Below are positions 12,871 to 25,959 of a stretch of 64,000 nucleotides of DNA, in pieces. This DNA comes from Dicyema japonicum (Eukaryota > Animalia > Dicyemida), in contig RDEW01000011.1 in NCBI GenBank assembly GCA_011109175.1, positions 621,061 through 685,060 of the forward strand, in the 5' to 3' direction. Every line of letters starts with the position of its first letter. The stretch's first letter is position 1. A program made the translations under genes and the position numbers. Below the pieces are notes generated by a model. That model was not told the origin of the DNA. It was given only the letters and a program-made list of their open reading frames with translations, and made no database searches.

Positions 12871-14082
12871 CAGTGGTTCCCAACCTTTTTGAGAGCACGG
12901 AACCCTATCGACATTTTCATTTTATACGGAACTTTATATAGTTTTTAACAAATATCATTTTTACTAATATAAAAAAATAAAATGCTAGTTAGTGAGACGG
13001 TTGAGGCTGATGTCTCTTTCATAGCTCTTTAATATTTGGCCTTGTCCTTGACAGGGATAAACGCAGGTCTTCTTCCACATACAGTAGGTTCGCGCGTTTT
13101 TTATCCTTTATATTTTTTAATGCAGAAAATCCACTTTCAAAGAGATAAGTCGTTGAAAACTGGACCGAAACTCCCCAAGCTTTGTTTGCCAGAATAAGAT
13201 ATTCTTTTTTTACAATCAGCCAAAACGAATCAATATCAAAGTGTAAATATTCCATTTTTTACGTTTTGTCACCTGAATCAAACGCAAGTTCTTCTTCCTC
13301 TTTTAATGAATATTTTAGAAGCACGTGGACTTAAATTGTGTTTTTAAACCATTTTACGCTAAATTTATTTAAAATCACCTATAATGGCTAGTGGGGGACC
13401 AGTTTTTGTGATCTGCTATATTTGTGGGAGAAAGTTATTTCATAATCAGCAAAGGATTCCTCACCCAATCATAGAGTTCACTGATTTGGGTGGAAAATAA
13501 TTATTCGTACATGTAAATAGTGACTCCAAATTATCTACAGTTTGTGGAACAATTTCTTTAAAATTTCTTTCTTGCACATGAGCGATCTAGCATGCAGTGC
13601 TTTTTCGTTTATTTTGAATTTTTGTAAAACGGGATGCGTGAACTTTATTCTGGTCCAATTTCCGCATAAATTTTTTGAAAGTACAGAGTGCTTGGTGGAG
13701 AAATGGCGTCTAATTTTCGTTAGAGCCATAGCACTATTCGCTAGTTTTTCACCGCAAACAACACAAAGTGGTAAAGTGCAATCCATGTCCATAGTCCATG
13801 TAAAAACAAAGGCAATATAACTTTCTCGATACGATCGAACTTTAAGATATGCACTGTCACAAGACTCCATTTAGACACCCGCAAATTAAATTAATTCGTT
13901 TTGAAAAATCATTTTTTTGAAAATAGAATTGGAATAGCCATACTCCGAGGGAACTCGTTCGCAATCCACGCAGCAGGCTTCCTCAACTGACATTTGTTTA
14001 ATTGTTAAAAAAATTTATTTTGTTCAAAAAAAAAGTATAAAAAAATTTTTGAACTTTGCGGAACCCAGGTTGAAAAACACTG
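12871..14082 (-). mobile_element. Non-autonomous Buster-type hAT element (1212 bp), internally deleted transposase, carrying a 122-nt captured insert
   Basis: TIRs CAGTGGTTCCCAACC and GGTTGAAAAACACTG. TSD CACTAATT at 12863-12870 and 14083-14090 has the central TA typical of Buster. Remnants: CVVCGEKLANSAM..RRHFSTKH, YDWVRNPF, LKEEEEL, FSTTYLFESGFS. Confidence 0.92.
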
Positions 14083-14461
14083 CACTAATTGGTCTGATAG
14101 TTACCGATTTTTAATTTTTACAAAAACATCGTGGAAGTCTCTAACATCTCCTTTTTACGACAGGACTACCTCCATGCTTATATGGGTGTTGATCGTTTTC
14201 TCGAGTGCACGTGGTAATAAAGAAAATTCTAATTACCACAAATTTAAAAATTCTTCCCCTTCAATTGAGAATTTAATACTTGTTTAAACTCCCAATTCGC
14301 CCAACTTCGCCAATAATTCGAATAAAGTCAAGACTTAGATCCAGTCCATTAGTGGGTGGCGATCAAAAATTCGCGATTACAAGACTACTAGGACATGAGT
14401 CTTTAATAACTCCAGATATAGTGGAAAGAGGTTGAGTAAATTAACATCTAATTAAAGTATA

Positions 14462-14730
14462 CCCAATCCCACGGTCGGAGTGAAACGCATTATGTCAAAG
14501 GATCACGCCCATCCATGTCCCCCATCGTGGGAATCCCTCCACTGGAGTATGGAAAAGGAATATCCTTTTGGATGTCCTTTAGTCTTTGGGTTTCACAGGA
14601 GGATCAACTGATTCTTTTCGATTTGAAGAAGGCACAGAGCGGAATGGTATCCCTAGGACGTAGGTAGCGATGTGGGAATCGAACCAAGAGTTAATCGTGA
14701 CTCGAGCGATGACACTAACCATATGATCCC
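14462..14730 (-). mobile_element. tRNA-derived SINE, family A copy
   Basis: Head with GATCATATGGTTAG and GGTTCGATTCC boxes, core AAAAGGATAT..TACTCCAGTGGAGGG, and tail CACTCCGACCGTGGGA similar to the 11645 copy. Confidence 0.65.
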
Positions 14731-14787
14731 TGGTCTGGGTTCAACCATAACAAATCAATTGATAGTAGATATGTTATTAAAATAATA

Positions 14788-15540
14788 TCAAGCACGTGGA
14801 TCATTTAACCGATTTAGTAAATCCAACAATAATTGGGGGGATGGTCCTCTCAGTCTTCCCTTCACATTTGCGCCGCACTCCGTCAACTCTCTCTCTGAAC
14901 TTCTCCCCACAGCGACAAAGTGAACTCCTTTCAATCTCCCACTACAAGCTCTTACACCAGACCCACTGAAGAAAACAACAAATGTCGGGACCTCCACTTG
15001 CAAATAGTGTCCGAATCTCGCAACTTCTCCCTCATCAGGTACAGTAGCATAAACGACACTTTTGTGTATTTCAAAACCGGCCAAACTTAGGGTACCAAAT
15101 ATTGAAGAGCTGGCCACGTTACTACACGGGTACAACAGCTTCGAAGGGACAGGATGAGTCTCAACCACCTTTCTGGCCAAATCTGTCTCAGTGGAAGTAT
15201 CAGGGATGACGAGGTTTTTGAAGGAATTCAAAGAGGCAACAGTTTTGCTTCCAACACCAAAAATGGTTTTATTCTCCCAAATTTGGAAAGTCTTTTCATT
15301 CAATGAATCGAGGAATATTTTAGAAGCACGTGGACTGGTAAGAATTATTCCTGAATGACTTGATTACTTCCAAATTCTACCGTCAAGTGTTTCGTCGTTG
15401 AGATTGCTAGTGAAGTCTGTGAGATTAGTTGTATCAAATTTGATGACATTGAAAACCCTAACTGTGTATTTCGACGACAAAATACTAACGTAAGGGTCGT
15501 CTTCGTCATAACTCTTACAGAGTACAACAGTTGCACACAT
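14788..15540 (-). CDS. UROS: Uroporphyrinogen-III synthase (240 aa); one 30-nt intron (15351-15380)
   Basis: DDPYV..GIILTSPRAS..WENKTIFGVGSKT..LLYPCSN..FFSGSGV..FVAVG..GPSPQLL align in order with the human UROS motifs LIFTSPRA, VYVVGNAT, LLFPCGN, FFSPSG, FAAIG and SPTPQAL. Confidence 0.9.
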
Positions 15541-15639
15541 TAATTATTTAAAATAGTTTAAAATTTTATCAAATTAATAATTTTAAATAATTTAAATTTA
15601 ATTTATTTAAATTATCCAATTATTGGTTAATTTATCCCC

Positions 15640-18580
15640 AGTAAAGCATATTTAAAACTGCCATCCATCCAAAGTGGACCCCGCCGACATTATCGACGTT
15701 GCGTTGCCTCTCACGATTGCAACAGAGATCAACTGGAGTAGCCACCGGGTCTCACGTGCGTCATGGCTTTTTAGTGTAGCTAAGCGTCCAAGTTTCTTTA
15801 GGAAGCGAAGCGATTTTCCACTTATTCCTCCAGTTGTCTCGACCACTATCGGATAAAACGCGAATCGGTCGCGTAGCGCTTCGTACTTCTTCTCCTTTGC
15901 CATCATCGTTTTTTCCGCGGAATACAGTGTGTCTACCGCGCTCCCGACAATGTTGGACGTGCAAAGCGTGTCGACACAAGTAGCGTCCCAGACCAAAGGT
16001 TTCCCCTCTTCGAATGGGAAAATTGTGATCCCGTCGGGACGTTTTCCGTCTCCTCTGTCCAGACCAACAGGTTCTAGTATGGCTGGGTATCCCGCAGACT
16101 CCAGGGCTCGCTTGACAATTCCGTTGATCGCCTTGTGTCTTGGGAATCGTCCTGCACTCCTTCGACAAGAGAGGGCATGGAGTCCATAACAATCGACGGT
16201 TGCGCCACATCGGCATTTGTGGGTCCGGCAAATCTCCAGTCCAAGTCTGGTGGAGATGCCGATGCGGACAGTATCGTCGTCAAGATGGGTCCCGACACTG
16301 CCAACTGGGAGTGCATTGATCCATGCGCCACTCGATTCGCATCTTCCAGTGACTAGACATGCACGTCTGTGTTGGTTTGATTGGTTCAGAAGCCTCTCAT
16401 ATTTATCCTCGCAGATGGTCCTGTAACGATCTTTCTGCTCAGGCATCATCCCCTTCAAATGCTCCATCTCTGTGATTTCAGATGATTCTGTTTGGAGTTG
16501 GAGAATCATCCTGACCAGCAGTCGGCTGGAGCCCAAAGAGGATAGATAAGCAGGGCAAGCCAGATCTTTCGTTGAAGGGATTCCCAGTCCGCCCAGGCTA
16601 ACGGGTAGGGTCGCTTGGTCCCACCCTTGGTCGTCAAATTTCACATTTGTGATACGTTCAATAGTACTCCGGAAGAGAAAATCGATAGCATCGAGCTGTT
16701 ACATTTTCAAGTGCTGATAAGGCGTTTCTCAGGAGGAATAGGGAGGTGTGTGCGTCCAGCATCTCCAGACGTCTGAATTTTGTTTTTAGTTGATGTTCTT
16801 TTGTTCTTAGAGTGTTACTGATTCCAGCATCAGTAAGAGGGCATCCAAGTATTTCCAGTTCTTCTGATTTGGTGTCTGTGGCTTTCAGAATGATCTTTCT
16901 GAACATACCAAGGATCAGATCCCATTCAGACTGTGGAAATCCAAAATTGGTTACTTCACACTTATTGGTGTTTAGAGTTAGGCATAGGGATTCCAATTGT
17001 ACTATCAGACTTTTCAAACAATCTAGTACATCCTTCGGATGGCCGCCCATGGTGCAATCATCCAAATACCATACTCTCAGAGGAGTGGAGCAGTATCCTG
17101 TGATACGGGCAATTCCCAGGCTGAACAAGGCGGGCCCCAGTGGGTCTCCTTGTTGGACTCCAGAAGACGAATGTAATATTGGCCATGTACCAGACTGGAT
17201 GGTTTTCCGTACGAGCTATGAATATAGCTGTACACTGATGTGAAGTATGTGAAGCAATCCTCCAGAATTGTATCACGTCGTATCGAGTTGAAGGCATTTT
17301 TAATGTCAATTTTGACGATTACGTGAGGAATGTTCACGTTCTTTTCGGTGAATGTTCGGACAGCATGAACTGCCGCTTCACAGCCGACCCCTATTTGGGT
17401 TGGTTGCAGCTGTGTTATCAGCGTAAGTAGGATTGCTCTGCATACAAGCTTTGATGCCAACCGACGGAAGACCATTCCGACTGCAATAGGGCGTATTCCA
17501 TCTCCCTTCTTGTTGAATGCGATTAACTTTGCGGAAAACATTACGTGTCGAATTGTTTCTGGTAGTGTCCCTGATAGCATCCTGTTCATTAGTTTGGTGA
17601 TAGCCAACACGAGCCGGACCCCAGAGTTGCCCGTGTTATGAGCAATGAGATCTTTGATGTGACCCGGACGGAGCCCATCTAGTCCTCCACTGCTACTCGG
17701 GACGAAAGAGAGGATACCATCTTTTACGTCCTCTTCAGAGACAAGCAGATTGGGTAATTGTCCTGGGCAAGGGGGAACCCGGTGGTCGTTGGGAAGACTT
17801 GGGTGTCGCTCAACAAGTGATGCGTAGGACTGTTCGGACGGCTCAATTATACATTGTTGATCTGCAAGGATCCTCACCGCAGCACGGATACCACCTTCCG
17901 AAAGTTTTCGACGGATCGCGCTTCTTAATCTCTGAGTGTCCGAGATAGTCGATGTTGGCTTCTCATGGTTTTGAAATTTGTAGGTGAGCTTTTCTGAGTT
18001 GCCAATAGGTTTTTGAGAAGAATGTGTGGACATTCTCCTTTACTAATGACGTAAGTGATTTCTCTCTTTCCCCTCCTATGGGGTATGCATAGTGTGAATG
18101 GAGCAAAGCAAAATAATCGTACCCAATCATCAGAGTCGTCCGAAGAAACTGCCCTTTCAATACACTCACATAGGCAGTCCGCGACAGATATACGGGCAGC
18201 TTTGGGGATCCTAATCAGGAGTCTTCGTGTGTGTGTCAGGTTGGAGATCAATTCAAGTATTTCCTGATGGTCTAGTGGAACATGTTCAGAAGGGTAGCGT
18301 AGGGAAGAGTTTGTCGTATTATCTGGTAGGAGACAAGATCGACAGTGCCAATCGGAAATGGCAGCCAGGGCTCTTTTAGTCATTCCGGCACAGGACATGT
18401 GGAAGCCATACGAACATGCTGTGCAATGGATCATCCGCTTTCTTTTGTTCATTATGTTGCACTTTGTGCAGATCTCATATTCTTTTACAGTTTTCTGCAT
18501 GTTCTTTTCTGATTTTCCTTTCTTATTCTCTTCTTATCCTCTTCTTTAGCAACACAACGAGAACAGACGACACAACGTGC
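15640..18580 (-). mobile_element. Near full-length CRE-clade (RLE) non-LTR retrotransposon: PHD - RT - CCHC/RLE, broken into four ORFs
   Basis: PHD in 17925-18500. RT GGLDGLRPGH..RPIAVG..DIKNAFN (17077-18033). WYLDD (16658-17128). [34 protein letters not shown] (15652-16644). Confidence 0.92.
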
Positions 18581-18609
18581 AGAAATTTATTTAAATTTAT
18601 TTTTATGGG

Positions 18610-21280
18610 CCCCATCATTGCCTGCAGGCATTGAATACACAATATAAGACAAAAGAACCATTCTCTACGTCCAATCCAAGAGGAATGTCCTTCTTGGACG
18701 GTCTCCCTACTGGCCTATCTTTCCTTCCTTGATGGAAGCCCAACTAATGCTTTCCGGCGATGTGAACCCCAATCCTGGACTTCGAAAACCCATTATTTTG
18801 ATTCAACTAAACATAAATGGAGTGAAAGGGAAAATCCTCGAACTCAGAAACCTTTTAAAAATGTATAATACCGACATTTGCCTACTCCAAGAAACAAGAC
18901 TGACTCCGTCTTCTTCCACTCCCGTCTTTCCAAACTATCACGTCATCAGACGCGACCGCCCAGCTGGGCGGGGTGGTGGACTGTCTACCCTTATCAAAAA
19001 AGAAATTCCGTACGCAAACGAAACTTTTGTCAACTTCAAGTCTCCCGTCGAATATATTGTATTTCAGTCAAGACAAGCATCGGAAACATAAACATATTGA
19101 ATGTGTATGTGCCACCGCCCAACACATGCCCCAAGGATTTCAGGTTCTACCTGTCAGACATCGACAAATCAAAAAATAAATTACTTTATGGAGACTTGAA
19201 CGCAAAGCATTTGATACGGTTCAAGAACCAACCATGCGATGTCAGAGGAAACCAATTGTTATCGAATCTGGATGACCTGATAATATTAAACAACCCTACA
19301 TTCAATACAAGAACTCCCTACAGAGCGAATGACAGGACATCGTCCCCCGATCTCACTCTTGCCTCACCAAACATCGCAACATTAACAAAATGGACAGTGC
19401 CATACGAGACCAGCAGTGACCATAATCCCGTTATGATTACGTTTGAAGGAAGAGTGTCAATTGTAAAGAAACCTGTTTTATTTACCGACTACAAAAATGT
19501 CTACTGGGAAAAGTTCTCAAATTTTGTCGACTATTATCTACTTGACTTTCATTTATCCAATTTCAACTTATCGATAAAAGTACTACACTATTTTAATAGA
19601 ATGGTACGCGAGGGAATGAAAATTTGTATTAAAAGAAAGCCACTGACCTCAAGAAAGCCGATCCACTCATAAAAGAAAGAAATACTTAAAAAGCCTCCAA
19701 AAACAATCCTGGGAAACAAGATTGAGAATTCGTAAATTAGAAAGAGAGATCAGGAACAGTGCAAAGAAACAAGAGAAAGTTTGGAAAAACCTCATGTCTA
19801 TTCTAAACAAGCAGAACTCCCTTACAAAAATGTGGAAAAACACTTAGAAGCTTTAGTAACGCTGACAACCCGGCCACATGTGATAAAATGGAAAACAAGA
19901 TCTTCCTAAACAAACTTATCAAGTACTACTCCTCCACGAGTTTCATCCCTCACAAGAAATTCGAAGGTCCATCCATCTTAGCCCTCAAACCTAAAAGAGC
20001 CACCTCCCCGATTGTCCTCTCTGTGGATAACGTACAGAATATGGTCAAGGGTCAAAAGTCGACTTATTCCTGTGGTCCGGACGGAATCCCTGCAATAGTT
20101 CTGAAAAACATAGGCCCCTATGCTATCATGGCCCTCACCAAAATTTTCAACTTTTCAATCAACGAAAATTGTATTCCTGATGCACCTTTTCAACACGGAT
20201 TCAGAAAGGGACACTCCACAGAAACGCATCTTACATGCCTTACAAATTTCATCAAGGATGGACTAAAGCGCAAACCTCATCAGAAGTCTTTGTTATGCTC
20301 CATCGATATTGAAAAAGCTTTCGACACTGTCCCAAGAAAGCTTTTGACAAGGAAGATCTTTAAGTCAAAAATTTCAAAAAACCTGAAAATCTGGATCGCT
20401 AATTTCCTAAATGGAAGAAGAGGGAGAGTAACTGCTGGAAAAACTAGATCAGTGACCAAGTTCCTTCCAAATGGGGTCCCTCAAGGATCTCCACTTTCAC
20501 CACACCTATTCAACCTATTCTTAAATGATATGCCCTCATTTACCAGTGACGATACTCTGGTTCTGACATATGCGGATGATATAATCGTCTCAGTCAAAGA
20601 CCAGTGCGTTAATACTGCAGTTTACCGGATACAAGCTTCATTGGACGATCTGAACTGTTGGCTCGTTAAGAACATTCTACATACAAGTCCCGAAAAGTCT
20701 TATACAACAATTTTCACAACAAACAGAAGATTGACAAACTCCGCTCCATGTGTAACCATAAATGGAAACTCAATCCGCACGACCAACTCGGTCAAGATAC
20801 TGAGCGTAACTTACGACCCACTCTTGACCTTTAGCAAACACATCGACAACGTCATCTCTTCGGCACAACGAAAGCTAAATTTTGTTAAAACACTCCTTGG
20901 ACAATATAATGGGTGTTTCAACACAAATTTGGACTCGCTCTACGTGCAGTATTTTCAACCGTCTCTAACTTACGGGTGTGCTGCATGGGGAACCAACCTA
21001 TCAAACAGAAATATAGAAAAAATCAAAAAATGGCCAGTAAGGCTTTGAAAAAGTTTTCTTGGACACCTCTAAACCCTACACCTTTTGAGGAATTAGTAAG
21101 GAAAATCGGAGCCTTACTACTTTCCAAAAAATTAGAAACCCCCGCCCAATCCGGAAATGCGTTGGAACCCGGGAACAACACCGAGCAAGAATGAGATGGC
21201 TGAGCGAGGTGGTCGGAATCACCTGACGTCCATGTAGTTATTTAATTTGTCGGTGATTTTTGGTTTTTAATAATAATATG
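18610..21280 (+). mobile_element. APE-type LINE (Ingi/Vingi-like) with 2A-like motif, endonuclease and RT; frameshifted and partly deleted
   Basis: LMLSGDVNPNPG, then QLNING..LLQET, NVYVPP, GDLNAKH, SPDLT..SDH (APE). RT QHGFRKGHST..DIEKAFD..GVPQGSPLSP..YADD in 19888-21048. No ORF1 or RNase H seen. Confidence 0.85.
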
Positions 21281-21299
21281 GGTCACCCCTCATGATTGC

Positions 21300-21500
21300 G
21301 AGCCCAATGTTCTGAAAGAGTCATCATATCATTATATATTCCCCCTTCCTCAGCTCTGAAAGCTTCCCAATCGACCTGATAAACTTTACTGTGCTGGATC
21401 CAAGCACGCCAGACGTCTCAACGGAGATCGGTTGGAAGGTGAACCGATCCCTAATGCTACGGTATTTCCTCATTTTAAAATTGAAGGATCGAAAGCCAGA
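21300..21500 (-). mobile_element. CRE-clade RLE 3' fragment
   Basis: RKYRSIRDRFTFQPISVETSGVLG is homologous to KKYEALRDRFAFYPIVVETTGGIS of the long copy. Confidence 0.75.
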
Positions 21501-22989
21501 TGAGATTTTATTTATCAGTGTATCCAACGGTCTTGGAGTACCTTAGTGGGTCGTCTATCTATAACAATGGTCTGTGGGATAGATTCCTCCGTCATCTATT
21601 TGGTCGGAAGGTTCGTAGTCCTCAGTTCAGATCCTTTATTGATTCCTTAATTAGTGTGGAGGCATGTGGCTACCTGACTCACAAGTCTTCTATTGGCGGG
21701 ACCTAATCAAAAGGATCATTTGCTCTTTCTCACTTCATTGACCATTCCACGGGCGTTCCGAGTCAATCGATCCAAATTGCTTGCGGTGTCTGGAAACCTA
21801 CACATGACTCGTTATGATTAGACCACCTGTTTCAAATGTGGAACTCTTGATCTTATTTGGGAGAGAACACACAAGACCTTTTGAGACAATAGTGTGAACT
21901 TTATAATGAAGAACATTGTCAGCCATTCTGTAAGTCCTCGAATTCCATTCAAGAGAGGCGAATCGATATAAGAAATAAATGTCCTCGATCATCCTAATAT
22001 TGACTGTAATGAGAACTAGTAGTAGTGATTCCAGTAAGTTAAGCGAGTAGTTCCCGGGGGTAAACGCGTCAAAGCAGAAATAACGGAAAGAATGGAATTT
22101 TATTTGAGGAGACGGTTTAATTAAAGTGTGATTTCTTCAACATGGGAGTTTCCATGTCTATTAAATGATTCAAATTCAAGGACATTGTAGGCAAGCAACT
22201 GGCACAAACGTCTAAAAGACTTTTTGACTGTATTGGCAACAACTCTGGAATAAAATATACTGTTTTAGTGAGCTTTCTGAGGTCATACTGGTATGTCTCC
22301 GATTAAACTTTCACTTGGGATCAAGATGGTCTCCATTCCGAAGATCTTGTTGAGCAATTTCAGCTAGTCTAAATGTGAGAGCCAACGACCTCGAATTAGA
22401 ATAATCGAGTCTTCTCATTAATTACTGTACTGTCCTCTCCCAACTACAGCACAATGGGGAATTCCCTAAATCCATCTAGACCCCCATTTCGCAAATAACT
22501 GTTATTAAATTTGGGGTTATTCACGACATCTTTCTTTTCAAAATCCTGCCCAACCTCCACCAGTGAGGTTTATTTCCGATAAAAGTTATCATTAATAAAC
22601 AATTTCCTCAAAGACTCTTCGTAGATCTAGTCGTAACATTTGGCAGATATAGGGCGTTGTCTACTAAAGGCTGAGACCAACTACATTGATTGATGACTGA
22701 GACCAACAAATATAATCAACGAACTAATAAAATCACGTGGTGGAACGTCATTCCTTGAACACTCCGTATTTTTTTATATTGAATTATGATGAGATTCTCA
22801 TACTCGAATTGATCCCCAAAATCTCGACTTTTTCTGACTTGGGGACTGGTCCCTTGTGGCCTCTAGCCAGGCCTTGGTTTCATACAAATCGACTGCGGGC
22901 AAACAGATTTACACACTAACTTACTAATTAATTTTTGAATCTCATTTTCTTCTAAAGGGGATAGACTGATTTCCAGCCTAAAAAAATTC

Positions 22990-23900
22990 GCATCACTGTA
23001 GTTCTTTTTCTGGAGTCAGGTCACCGACGTCGGCACACTCGCCTAGAGACACGGCAGACAAGGCGGAATATGAATCCTGTCAGGAAAACTTCATTTATCA
23101 ATAGTAACTTCCAGGGTCACGGGAAAGATGACTGACGGCTTTCTCTCTAAGATGGTCGAAAGATCACTTCGAAGAGATGCGACAGAGACTCAAAATGACA
23201 TTGATCAGAAGAACTCTCACGCGATCCTGCTAACGACTTCGTTCAAGGTCATGTGTTTAGGAAACCTGCCTGCACTCTTCCTGCATGAAAGAGGGTGTAG
23301 GCCAAAACAGTCGATCAGGTCTCCGCGTCGGCACGGATGTGGAATACAGACTTTTAATCCCAGTCGTAGTGAGATCTCAATACGGACGCATTTGTCATCT
23401 AGAAAACTCCATTGGGAATAGTGTTGAGCCAGGCACCGCTCTCGGAAAACGCCCCCGACAACTAACAGGAACGGCGTTGTTGGTTAGATGACACCAGAAG
23501 ATCTTCAAAAGACTTTCGGCATACAGAGAACATGGAAGATAAGGAAAGATGGGGAAAACTGATAGGTACGGCTCCAGGCCTCACGAGCCATACCGGAATC
23601 CTGGTCAGTAGAGAATTCAGGAAGGGAATGTAGAATCCTCTTGACAAGGGTGTTACAGGTCATTAACGAGAGATATGCAAGGAGAAAAAATTACAAAGGG
23701 TAGTGAATTCCAAGCCCTCCGTGTCTACCCGGCAGTGTGGTCTGCTTCCATGAGTAATCCTCAAACCGGACGTTGAAGATACGTTCCGCTTTTGAACAGA
23801 AGATTCCGTCAATCTGTGCGAGTTGGTCACATTGGGTGAAATAAGGAGCAGTCACCAGGACATATGCAAGCCTCTGTACGTCGGGTGACATATTCACCCA
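22990..23900 (-). mobile_element. Degenerate CRE-clade retrotransposon remnant
   Basis: WKQTTLPGRHGGLGI in ORF 23691-23897 matches WDQATLPVSLGGLGI; RLE-like pieces follow. Confidence 0.65.
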
Positions 23901-24905
23901 AAATGGAAAACCACCAGAAAAACGGTGTTATTGAAAATGTGTCGGTTCCGAGAGTAACATCAGGAAAAGATGAGAATATTGCTGAGAGAAGTCGAGATCA
24001 CCTGATGGCCTTTTCCTATTAATTAGTGTTTACCCGGTGCGTCATCGGATCCAACCAACTCAAGAGACGCCCAATGCCTGTCCGGCATTTAAAAGGATTC
24101 ATATCAACATTCAACATGAGACTATTTCGCTCCCATTATGGCATCTACCTCAACCTCTCTGACATGTCATTTATGCTATTGTGTTTGATGAGGAATTAGT
24201 TAGTCTGGTTTTACCCTTGGTCTTTGGAATAATTTGATTTAAATTTCATCCAACAGCCTAAAAAATTTTCCGAGTATACATGGCCTTCACGGCGTAAATG
24301 TGGGAATCCCCCTATAGCTTTTTCCGCCCTTTCATGGAAGTCATTAATTAATCTTTACATTTGCCAGATGTCAAATCTAACGTGCCAGTAATTATATTGC
24401 TTGTTTAATCAATTTAGTTTGACTGATCAATGATTGCACTGAATTTAGCCCATTTTGTGCCTTATAGTACTTTTTTACATCAACTCCCATTAATGGTGTA
24501 CTTCTGTGTCCACAATCCCCACCAAACTTACAATAATCGTTTTAATAACAGATCAAGCGTGAATACAAATGAGTCGAGATCTGCCGACATTCGCTGTGGT
24601 AGTTGCGGAAAACGGTAGGATCGCTGGTTGACCGTTCTAAAAGAATTCGGAAATTGTCACAAACTGGGATCACCTAATTAGCGGGTTTAACACATTGGTG
24701 GTTTGGGGGTAGTAAATAAATAGGGGGTTAATTATTCTCATTATTGAATTTTGGCGTCAAATCTTGAAACAAGAGGAAATTAAGTTCCCCAATTATCAAT
24801 ATTCAAGAGTATTGGCTGAAATTGCCTATATAAATGGGGGGATCCCAATTTAGTTCCCTAGTATGGTACATTGGTTGTAATATGAATGAGTGAAACCGTG
24901 TAAAG

Positions 24906-25487
24906 TCAAAAAATGTTACAAAAACTCCATTTTTTATTTCCCTCGTAATTTAATAACTTTTGGTAGTTCTGATGTGCTTCACTGAGGACAGTATTCCTCA
25001 CAAAACAGTAGAAGATATGATCGACGACATCAGTGTGGTTGTATTGGAGGAAGTCTGACGGATTAATCAGGTGCATCTCCCGGTTTACTAACTCTGATAT
25101 ATGTTCTTGTGATCTTCTACCCTCGCACACACTTATGGCCTCTTCAATGATTTTACTCACCTCCGTGCCATTACTTTTATCATTCTGGCTGACCTAAAGT
25201 CAATACGTGGACATACAATTATGTTAATGTTGTTCACAATGTTCCGGGTTTGTACGCTCGCTTCCTCGCTGTGAAGATCCTCCAATGCTCGGATTAGATG
25301 TTTGGTCAACTCCTCATAGCTCTTATCCACCATAAAGGTAATAATTCTGTTTATGGATATTTTAATCTCATCAATCAGCTTATCATTCATCGTCGGAATA
25401 ACGCTAATTCTCTTATTATAAGCCACACCGCTGTAACGCTACTTGATTATGCTTCATTGTGAATATTTGTAAACCCACGTGCCCCAT
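24906..25487 (-). CDS. Hypothetical protein (about 175 aa), two predicted short introns (25404-25428, 25 nt; 25132-25160, 29 nt)
   Basis: Two adjacent ORFs (25157-25426 and 24906-25160) join in frame, and gain an ATG, through GT-AG introns of the local size. One donor is GTGAGT. No family recognised. Confidence 0.45.
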
Positions 25488-25959
25488 GAGAAATTCTTGT
25501 ATACTATTAATGAGGGAGAAATAAGGTTTTTTCATTCCGGGTCAGTAAAGCATACATTTCTAGGTTTAGGTAGAAAAGGTCAGTTTAGAAGAATGCCGAG
25601 ATCAAGGCTATCAGGAAGTGTGACGGAACAGTGGTCACTGAAGAGAAACGATTACCACCAAACACTCTGGAAGCTTTAATTCGTTTGAACGGTAGGGGTG
25701 CTCGTTACACCTTGACCGATAAGTTTTCAGCCCATCACGAACTTGTGGACTCAAGGGAGAAAAATTGATCTCGATTGAAGGCTCTGGTGGGACTTTGTTG
25801 GGATCACTTAGATCTGATCTTTACTTGTTGTCTATGGAATAAATCCATTCATCTAAGAGGAAATCAGTGAATTTTTGGTTAATTAATAATTTTCAGTGGT
25901 TTTCTACAAAACAATGTTCTAGTAGAGAAAGAAATGATGATTACTTTTTCCAGATCATT

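Noticed and set aside
15674-17309. Plus-strand and alternate-frame ORFs over the CRE element (similar ones over other LINEs)
   Set aside because: They are antisense or shadow frames of the retrotransposon ORF.
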